From a virus, in the IMG/VR virus record IMGVR_UViG_3300027509_000008, positions 1 to 40,284 of that record: a stretch of 40,284 nucleotides of DNA, one strand, 5' to 3'. The position numbers were made by a program, and so were the translations under genes. Every line of letters starts with the position of its first letter. Within the stretch, counting starts at the first letter, position 1. The notes under the pieces were generated by a model, which was not told the DNA's origin, made no database searches, and saw only the letters and a program-made list of their open reading frames with translations. Below, piece by piece: positions 7,080-13,511 of this stretch.

Positions 7080-7925
7080 TTATAACTTCAGGCTTTGCAT
7101 CATTTCTATGTGGTCCATATTTTCATACGGATTTGATTGTTTTGTTAGTAGTTGATTGTTTGCTGCTAATGCAACCAGCTTGGTTATCTCAGACGCTGTG
7201 ATAGCGTCTGTATCGAACTTTTCAGCATGGAAGATAAAGGCTTCAGGTCTATGAGCAATCATTGAATACTGGAGCTTGGCTTTGGAGTCAGGTAGGTTTT
7301 TAGCTTTTAGTGCAAAGAACTGTTTAAATTGCTGGCAAATTAATTCTTGATTCTCTTTTGATGGTAATTCTGATGGCCAAACATATCTATTCTTAGCTTT
7401 CTTATAAGTTGATCGTTTCGCTCTTTCTTTTAATTCTTTACGCTTCTGTTTGAATTCTTCTATATCTGCACAGTTACCAAGCTCCTGAATATCGTTCTTT
7501 GGATTTGTTAGACCCGCTACAAGGTTTGTTAGTGGATGGCCCTCTGATGCTAAGAGTGAAACAAAGAAGTCTTCAAACTCAGTTACAGGCTCTCCTATTG
7601 GAAAAGATTTTAATACTTGAGTTTCAAAATCAATCTCATATTCCCAAAGTAGTCTTATAAAAGCTCTACTTGCATAGTCGAATTCGATGCTTGATTTTGT
7701 TTTAGCGTGATATCTATGTTCCTTTTCTCTAGGAGATTGTTCTTCATTATTAGAGTGTCTTTGTGTCTCTCCCACGTAGAACATTATCGTACTGTCTGAA
7801 GGTAGCGTTGAACCATAGACTCTGATGCTATTCATCTTATTAATAAATGCAGGCTTGTCTCCATCTGATATTTCATCAAGATTAAAGCAAAGTGCATATA
7901 CGGTATGTAGTTGTTTATCTTCCAT
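7080..7925 (-). CDS. GIY-YIG-like nuclease domain protein (putative free-standing homing endonuclease)
   Basis: TVYAL...MFYVGETQRH...REKEHRYH...EFEDFFVSLLASEGHPLTNL resembles the GIY / YIG / R / H / E / N motif series of I-TevI-type enzymes. The spacer between the GIY and YIG elements is unusually long. Confidence 0.5.
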   Translation of the reverse strand: MEDKQLHTVYALCFNLDEISDGDKPAFINKMNSIRVYGSTLPSDSTIMFYVGETQRHSNNEEQSPREKEHRYHAKTKSSIEFDYASRAFIRLLWEYEIDFETQVLKSFPIGEPVTEFEDFFVSLLASEGHPLTNLVAGLTNPKNDIQELGNCADIEEFKQKRKELKERAKRSTYKKAKNRYVWPSELPSKENQELICQQFKQFFALKAKNLPDSKAKLQYSMIAHRPEAFIFHAEKFDTDAITASEITKLVALAANNQLLTKQSNPYENMDHIEMMQSLKL

Positions 7926-7933
7926 TGTTAATT

Positions 7934-7941
7934 TATTTATA
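7934..7941 (-). promoter_or_regulatory. TATAAATA motif 8 nt upstream of the ATG of 7080..7925
   Basis: The reverse complement reads tttTATAAATAaattaacaATG, which would give a nearly leaderless mRNA. Confidence 0.35.
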
Positions 7942-7997
7942 AAGAATGATTAATTTTCTGGATAAAAACAAAAAAGATATTTTATTGGAGCGATTCC

Positions 7998-8005
7998 TAT
8001 AAATA
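7998..8005 (+). promoter_or_regulatory. TATAAATA motif followed by a CA-rich leader, upstream of 8040
   Basis: ccTATAAATAgaaatacacaaacaataaaatagg...ATG. Confidence 0.4.
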
Positions 8006-8039
8006 GAAATACACAAACAATAAAATAGGTTTAATTAAA

Positions 8040-8225
8040 ATGAATGATTCAGAAATAGCAAAAAATCAAGGCCGCTCTGAAGCTGGTCTAAAAGAACATA
8101 GACAACAATCAAAGCGTAGGTCTAAAGTAAAAACATTAATTATGAAATACGTGAAGGATAAGCATCCAACTGTTTTCTATAAGGCTAAAGCTGCTGCTGA
8201 AAAAGAGTTAGACGGTAAAGGATAA
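8040..8225 (+). CDS. Small basic protein, HPExF family paralogue 1
   Basis: 61 aa. KRRSKVKTLIMKYVKDKHPTVFYKAK aligns with 11055..11249 and 9599..9772. It is the first gene after a promoter-like motif. Confidence 0.6.
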   Translation: MNDSEIAKNQGRSEAGLKEHRQQSKRRSKVKTLIMKYVKDKHPTVFYKAKAAAEKELDGKG

Positions 8226-8944
8226 TGATTTATTTTCCATCTGATAGATCGACTGCAAAGCTGTATGGTTTTAAATATTATTTTACTAATGTTGCATGTA
8301 AGAATAAGCATATATCTATTCGTAATACTAAAAGTGGTGGTTGTTTGGCTTGTTTCAGGATGAGGGAGGCCAATAGAAGAAAAACTAATCCCGAATATTA
8401 CATAGAAAAAAGAAAGAGAGATAAAGAGTATCACCTTGAATATTCTAAAAAACATAGAGAAGAAAATAGAGAAGAAATAAATTTGAAAGGAAGGGTTAGA
8501 TATCATAAAAATATACACAAGCAGAGAGAAAGAAATAGACAGTATACAAAGAATAATCCTGATAAAGCTAATGCACGAACTGCTCTCAGACGCGCTCGTA
8601 TATCTAAAGCTACACCACTATGGGTAGCTCCACCATACAAACAAGAAGAAACACCAGAACAAAAGACAAAATTTAAAGATATTCGAAAACAGATGCAAAG
8701 TGAAATTCGTGAATTTTATACTGAAGCAGTTCGTTTAACTGATAAAACTGGAATTAAGCACGTTGTAGATCATTACTGGCCAATTACTCACGATGATCAA
8801 AGTGGTTTGCACGTACCAGACAATCTAAGAGTTATTCCAGAATCCGATAACATAGCCAAGTCAAACAAACTTCCAAACGACCCAAACGGCTGGCACATGC
8901 ACCCCGATAATCCTAATAGGACCACTGAATATGATCGACTATAG
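8225..8944 (+). CDS. HNH endonuclease with an N-terminal Zn-knuckle
   Basis: VVDHYWPITHDDQSGLHVPDNLRVIPESDNIAKSNK is an HNH motif. The N-terminus carries ACKNKHISIRNTKSGGCLACF. Confidence 0.85.
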   Translation: MIYFPSDRSTAKLYGFKYYFTNVACKNKHISIRNTKSGGCLACFRMREANRRKTNPEYYIEKRKRDKEYHLEYSKKHREENREEINLKGRVRYHKNIHKQRERNRQYTKNNPDKANARTALRRARISKATPLWVAPPYKQEETPEQKTKFKDIRKQMQSEIREFYTEAVRLTDKTGIKHVVDHYWPITHDDQSGLHVPDNLRVIPESDNIAKSNKLPNDPNGWHMHPDNPNRTTEYDRL

Positions 8945-9269
8945 ATTATTCAAAACTAATGGCCATCTTGCAGATTATCAAATTGAGTCTATCGCTGATG
9001 TTAGCTATAGAGAGTGGTTTAACTACTACCATGCATATCCAGTAGATAATGATTATTTTAGAAAGTCATTAGAGGATTATTTTGGTATGAATACTTTTAA
9101 TGATCATTTGAAAAACATAAAGGCAGCTAAAAACGAGATAACAACATTACTTCTTCAGGGCAGCTCTGATGATGTTCTTGGAATTTTGCATATCGTTGCC
9201 TATAAATATTTGCAGTTGATTATAAAAAATAGAATTAATGAAGGAGTTCAGGAGTTACAAACGATATGA
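8931..9269 (+). CDS. Hypothetical protein, paralogue X1
   Basis: 112 aa. ADYQIESIA...HLKNIKAAKNEITTLLLQGSSDD aligns with 9774..10073 (DEYQLKIIA...HFKNVVHCKRQIEEYLTINGDD). Confidence 0.6.
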   Translation: MIDYRLFKTNGHLADYQIESIADVSYREWFNYYHAYPVDNDYFRKSLEDYFGMNTFNDHLKNIKAAKNEITTLLLQGSSDDVLGILHIVAYKYLQLIIKNRINEGVQELQTI

Positions 9270-9460
9270 ATAACGATTTGGAATACATAAGACTCATAGA
9301 AGCATTACACGTTGTTGGCGCTAGTACCAAAACAGTTGAGCTGGCTATGCAGCAATTGAAACAGAACTTTAGGGATATGACAGTAACACTAACTCCAGTG
9401 TTAATAATATCAGATAGAAAGAAATTGATTGAAGATATGGAAGCTTTGGATGATATCTAA
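9266..9460 (+). CDS. Hypothetical protein
   Basis: 64-aa ORF with ATGA coupling to the upstream gene. Confidence 0.55.
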   Translation: MNNDLEYIRLIEALHVVGASTKTVELAMQQLKQNFRDMTVTLTPVLIISDRKKLIEDMEALDDI

Positions 9461-9535
9461 AATTAATTTAACGGCTGCAAGTGGATGATTAAGAACGTTT
9501 AAATTATTTAATTCTTTGATTGGTTCAAAAAAGGG

Positions 9536-9563
9536 TAACACGAACAGTTCTCCATCATAAATA
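9536..9563 (+). promoter_or_regulatory. Conserved 28-bp promoter-like element, copy 1 (taacacgaacagttctccATCATAAATA)
   Basis: The three copies share the same two-part motif with the same 18-bp offset. The others are at 10971..10998 and 15683..15710. Confidence 0.45.
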
Positions 9564-9598
9564 ACTTTATTAACAATAACTTTATTTGGAGAATTGAT

Positions 9599-9772
9599 AT
9601 GAGTAAGAAAAGTGAAACCCCTAAGATTGATCAGACTGCATTACCTACCTACGCTTATAAGCTCAAACGAGCCAACATTGAATCTCGTGTTCTTAAGACA
9701 CTGCGAGAAGAACACTCTGAACTTTATAAAACGATACGTGAAAATGTAGTAGCTCAGATGGGTGGTGAATAA
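9599..9772 (+). CDS. Small basic protein, HPExF family paralogue 2 (57 aa)
   Basis: Hand-translated as MSKKSETPKIDQTALPTYAYKLKRANIESRVLKTLREEHSELYKTIRENVVAQMGGE. A GGAG lies 7 nt upstream. Below the ORF-track cutoff. Confidence 0.55.
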   Translation: MSKKSETPKIDQTALPTYAYKLKRANIESRVLKTLREEHSELYKTIRENVVAQMGGE

Positions 9773-9773
9773 G

Positions 9774-10073
9774 ATGATTGAACCAATATTTGAACTTGAC
9801 GAATATCAATTAAAAATAATCGCTAAAGAGACTTGGAATGTATTAGCAAACAAAACATACCATGTACATCTTTCGAATTATTTGCATAGGACAACTAAAG
9901 AAAGACACTTTAAAAATGTGGTTCATTGCAAACGCCAGATAGAAGAATATTTAACTATCAACGGTGACGATAGATATATTCAAAACGATGAAATCACAGA
10001 AATGATTGTGAATAAGTTTGATCAGGTAAGAAAAGAAGTAGCACAAACAGTTAATAACTTGGAGAAAATATAA
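9774..10073 (+). CDS. Hypothetical protein, paralogue X2
   Basis: The ORF track starts at 9762. The in-frame ATG at 9774 follows the stop of 9599..9772 and a GGTGGTGA Shine-Dalgarno-like sequence, so it is the preferred start. Confidence 0.6.
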   Translation: MIEPIFELDEYQLKIIAKETWNVLANKTYHVHLSNYLHRTTKERHFKNVVHCKRQIEEYLTINGDDRYIQNDEITEMIVNKFDQVRKEVAQTVNNLEKI

Positions 10074-10315
10074 TGGAGCATAAAATCAAATTACAACAAA
10101 AAGAAAGTGTCAACGATCAGCTTAATCGTTGGTGCAACGCACCCTTCATGCAACGAATTAAGGCATCAAAGCCTGAGATGTTTGAGTCTATGAAAGTAAA
10201 GTTCAAAGATAAGATTATGAAGGACCGTATGAAAGCTGATCTTCTGGCTGGTATGAGTGGTGAAGAACTTCAGAGGTTCTATGAACAAGAGCGAATAGAG
10301 ATTGAAGGACAATGA
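10073..10315 (+). CDS. Hypothetical small protein (partial HPExF-like motif KPEMFESM)
   Basis: 80-aa ORF with TAATG coupling. Confidence 0.55.
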   Translation: MEHKIKLQQKESVNDQLNRWCNAPFMQRIKASKPEMFESMKVKFKDKIMKDRMKADLLAGMSGEELQRFYEQERIEIEGQ

Positions 10316-10470
10316 ACTATAAAAGCATAGACAAGTATCTAGTAATGGATGTTAGGACAATTGGCGGTGGAACTAAAGTTATAAAAATTCCGAACCCTGC
10401 CTACTATGAAGTTGATGAAGAACGATTAAAGCGATATGAAAAAACAGTAAAAGCATTGGAGAAAATATAA
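10312..10470 (+). CDS. Hypothetical small protein (52 aa)
   Basis: ATGA overlap with the upstream stop. Translation is MNYKSIDKYLVMDVRTIGGGTKVIKIPNPAYYEVDEERLKRYEKTVKALEKI. Confidence 0.45.
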   Translation: MNYKSIDKYLVMDVRTIGGGTKVIKIPNPAYYEVDEERLKRYEKTVKALEKI

Positions 10471-10472
10471 AG

Positions 10473-10847
10473 ATGATGTTCCTATTAAAAAATAAATTGC
10501 TTATCTACCTCCATAGAATTAGATATCTTAAATGGTATTTGAAGTACGGTGTAACACCTTCATACTTTGATGAAAATATTAGATTTGCATGGACTGTGTT
10601 AAATCAATGGGAAAAAATGATTTCAACTAGTCCAGAAGATCAAAAAAGAATTGATGGCTTAAAACATTTTTTTTCTTCAACAACTGAAGCTGGATTTTAT
10701 GAACTCTATATTCCATTTTATAAAAGTCTAGATAAAAATAATCAAGGTATGTTTGAGCCGTTATTTTATTTTGCTGAATATACTAAGAAACAATTAGCAA
10801 AATCAGTACGATTAGAAAAAGATGTACTGCTTATGGATGATATTTGA
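10473..10847 (+). CDS. Hypothetical protein
   Basis: 124-aa ORF. A GGAG embedded in the upstream LEKI* codons serves as its Shine-Dalgarno sequence. Confidence 0.55.
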   Translation: MMFLLKNKLLIYLHRIRYLKWYLKYGVTPSYFDENIRFAWTVLNQWEKMISTSPEDQKRIDGLKHFFSSTTEAGFYELYIPFYKSLDKNNQGMFEPLFYFAEYTKKQLAKSVRLEKDVLLMDDI

Positions 10848-10860
10848 CAGTTGCGGGGCA

Positions 10861-10930
10861 GTGGTTAGGGATGATTTGGATTATTAGGACTGTTTAGGGA
10901 TGGTTGGAGATGGTTGGAGATGGTGGAAGG
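10861..10930 (+). repeat. G-rich, almost C-free tract with tandem TGGTTGGAGA repeats
   Basis: By hand count, the 70 nt contain 31 G and one C. The unit tggttggaga occurs twice, followed by tggtggaagg, and ttaggga occurs twice. Confidence 0.7.
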
Positions 10931-10970
10931 AATTTAATTATTATTGATTTCAAGGAGTTATAAAAAAAGT

Positions 10971-10998
10971 AAACATAAACGATCTTCGATCATAAATA
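10971..10998 (+). promoter_or_regulatory. Conserved 28-bp promoter-like element, copy 2 (aaacataaacgatcttcgATCATAAATA)
   Basis: See copies 1 and 3. It lies 57 nt upstream of the first gene of the replication operon (11055). Confidence 0.45.
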
Positions 10999-11054
10999 AA
11001 AGAAAGAGCTAATTAATGTTCTTTTTAATTTACTAATTTAAACGGAGAAATAAA

Positions 11055-11249
11055 ATGGGACTACAAAGAACCTACACACTAAAAGACGAAACCGTATTAG
11101 CTCAACGAGCCTACGCAAAAAGAAAATCTCAAGCAAAACAATTCTTATGGAAGCAGCTCAAGCTTCAACACCCAGAAATATTTGAATCATTGGTCGGCGA
11201 ATTTAATGCAAGATACGATTCAAAAATAACAGAGCGGGGTGATATCTAA
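11055..11249 (+). CDS. Small basic protein, HPExF family paralogue 3
   Basis: 64 aa containing AKRKSQAKQFLWKQLKLQHPEIFESL. A GGAG lies 7 nt upstream. Confidence 0.6.
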   Translation: MGLQRTYTLKDETVLAQRAYAKRKSQAKQFLWKQLKLQHPEIFESLVGEFNARYDSKITERGDI

Positions 11250-11824
11250 TGGAAACTTATACATTTGAAGATGATCATCAATTTGATTCTTTATACGACT
11301 ACGATTCTGATATTGATATGGACGCTGATTATAGAGAAGAACAGCTTATTGACATAGTAATTGGAGAATATAGCAAATTCGATCAATGTGATTACGATCA
11401 TATTAATTTTAAAACTATGCTCTATGGTTTGAATTTTATAAAAGTGAAATTTCCATTTGGTGGATTTTCAAACATACAGGAAATTATAGATGTAGTTGCT
11501 TTTGATGATGGTATCTATGGCGCTCATCAAACATACATAGCCATGTTAAACCGCGAATATGAAGTTGAGTGTGACTCTAATTGTGCTGGTTGTAGTGGTT
11601 ATGGTTCTCCTAATGATTGTTATCGTAATCATAATTTTTTTAAACAAATTAAGAAAGTATTAGAACCAACAGATAGATTTTATAGTCCTCTACTTCCAAG
11701 TATATATGTTGAAAACCTATATCAAGCAATGAGAGAAGCACACTCAATAATGGAGGATGACTTTGATATTTATGAAGCAATAAGTCCACTTTTAAACACT
11801 GTATTAGAAATGGAGAAAATCTAA
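11249..11824 (+). CDS. Hypothetical protein with a very acidic N-terminus and a Cys-rich segment
   Basis: 191-aa ORF with TAATG coupling. About 14 of the first 35 residues are D/E. It also carries CDSNCAGCSGYGSPNDC. Confidence 0.6.
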   Translation: METYTFEDDHQFDSLYDYDSDIDMDADYREEQLIDIVIGEYSKFDQCDYDHINFKTMLYGLNFIKVKFPFGGFSNIQEIIDVVAFDDGIYGAHQTYIAMLNREYEVECDSNCAGCSGYGSPNDCYRNHNFFKQIKKVLEPTDRFYSPLLPSIYVENLYQAMREAHSIMEDDFDIYEAISPLLNTVLEMEKI

Positions 11825-12369
11825 TGGAAAACCAATTAATAGACAATGCAACTAAGTTGCCTAGAAAAAAATCAGATAAGTTTGTTCATATTAGAGGACA
11901 TAAAATTAATACAACTGGCCCTCGTGGTTGGTTGACAATAATTGATGATGATTTAAAACGTCAAATGAAACCGTATGGCATGTTCAACTATATGATGAAT
12001 GAATTAGAAGATACTAGATTAACACTTGAACAAAAAGAAAATCTATCTGCATTATTTGTGAAGACTTTGATTTCTAGTGATGATGTTTGTTTTGGTCAAG
12101 TTGGTCTAAAACGTTCTATTAGATATCAAGTAGATTTCTTTCCACATTACGATACTGATTCTGGTCGTGGTGTTCATATAGATATAAAAAGCAGAATTCA
12201 TTCTCTTGAGTATAGAGAGGAAAAGATATTCATGAAGGAAATATATATTCCATACTCATTTTTTGAATTTGGATTCATGGATCAATATGGTGATCATACT
12301 TATGGTGATCGAATTATGAAAAAGTACGATAGACCAAATCTTTTATTTCATGGAGGTTTTAGACTATGA
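11824..12369 (+). CDS. Hypothetical protein
   Basis: 181-aa ORF with TAATG coupling. Confidence 0.6.
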   Translation: MENQLIDNATKLPRKKSDKFVHIRGHKINTTGPRGWLTIIDDDLKRQMKPYGMFNYMMNELEDTRLTLEQKENLSALFVKTLISSDDVCFGQVGLKRSIRYQVDFFPHYDTDSGRGVHIDIKSRIHSLEYREEKIFMKEIYIPYSFFEFGFMDQYGDHTYGDRIMKKYDRPNLLFHGGFRL

Positions 12370-13508
12370 AATTTACTCTATTACATTGGGACGTACCCAA
12401 CTGGAAAACAAACAACTTAGTTAATCAGAATGTTGTTCATGATGAATACCTTTATGAATCATCTTTCAGAGAGCTTTATCAACATATGGAATCTTCTGTT
12501 CAGGAGATTACTTGTAAAGAAGCTGGTTGGTTATTAATACCTGCTGCATTTAAAGATGTATCTGATGAATCATATGATGGTGCTTATAAAATTGATTATG
12601 ACACTGGAGAGATGATACCCAAATACAGAGAAGATGGTTTGTTGCATGTTCAAAGAGCCTACACCAATATCACTACAGTTGAATTTCTAGTAGTTGATTA
12701 TGATGGTGGAGTAACTTTAGAAGATGCCGCAGAGCACTGGACTGGATATGAATTCTTTCTATATACAACATTTAATCATTTAGTTGATAAAGATAATGGT
12801 GAAGGTGCTGTTGATCGTTTTAGAGTTGTTGTAAAGATTAAAGAGCCTGTATCTATAGATGATTATTACAAACGGTCAGATTCATTATTGGTTCTTGCTG
12901 GTGGTAATTGTGATGAAACTACTTTTTCTCGCGGTAGAGCTTTCTACTGGCCATGCAAATCAAAAGAAAATTCTGATGATTTCATTATGGCGTATTCTGA
13001 AGGAAAGTCTGTAGACGTTCTTGGTTTAGCTGAAAACGTAGTAATTAAACGTACTGCTAAAACTGCAACTACATCTAAATATAAGAACGATAATCCTGAA
13101 GATAATCGTGCTGAAATTGCTCAAGAATTAATGCAGTGTAATTTCCCTTCTTATAATCAGTGGTTTCAGATGGTTGAAGCAATGTGTATTGCTGGTTATT
13201 CAGAAGATGAAATCTATGCAGTAACTCTTGATAATCCAAATCATGCAACAACAACTTCTGGAACACCAGATTATACAAGGTGTAGAGGCCACTATATTAG
13301 ATTTGCTAATAAGATGGGTGATGAAGGTGATGCTGTAGGAAAACTAGTTAAATGGATTCAATATTATGGCAATAATAAATTCAGAACTAAAGGATATAAG
13401 AAAGACAAAGCTATTAACGAACAAGACCAAGAAATAAAAAGGTTAGAAGACTTGATAGCAAATATGAATAAAAAAAAGTTAGATAATAATAAGACCGTGG
13501 AGGTATAA
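12366..13508 (+). CDS. Putative DNA primase (AEP-like catalytic core plus a PriCT-like C-terminal domain)
   Basis: It has LVVDYDGG (DxD), TTFNH (xxH) and RFRVVVKI, then SYNQWFQMVEAMCIAGYSEDEIYAVT, which resembles PriCT. It sits immediately upstream of the SF3 helicase. Confidence 0.55.
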   Translation: MKFTLLHWDVPNWKTNNLVNQNVVHDEYLYESSFRELYQHMESSVQEITCKEAGWLLIPAAFKDVSDESYDGAYKIDYDTGEMIPKYREDGLLHVQRAYTNITTVEFLVVDYDGGVTLEDAAEHWTGYEFFLYTTFNHLVDKDNGEGAVDRFRVVVKIKEPVSIDDYYKRSDSLLVLAGGNCDETTFSRGRAFYWPCKSKENSDDFIMAYSEGKSVDVLGLAENVVIKRTAKTATTSKYKNDNPEDNRAEIAQELMQCNFPSYNQWFQMVEAMCIAGYSEDEIYAVTLDNPNHATTTSGTPDYTRCRGHYIRFANKMGDEGDAVGKLVKWIQYYGNNKFRTKGYKKDKAINEQDQEIKRLEDLIANMNKKKLDNNKTVEV

Positions 13509-13511
13509 CAA

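Noticed and set aside
8177-8518. 113-aa minus-strand ORF overlapping the 8225..8944 HNH gene
   Set aside because: Its F/I/S-rich low-complexity translation is the mirror of the K/E/R-rich HNH linker. The + strand gene has a clear HNH motif.
10865-10900. TTAGGG telomere-like hexamers (two copies) in the G-rich tract
   Set aside because: There are only two non-adjacent copies. They are better explained as part of the general G/T-rich repeat than as telomeric sequence.
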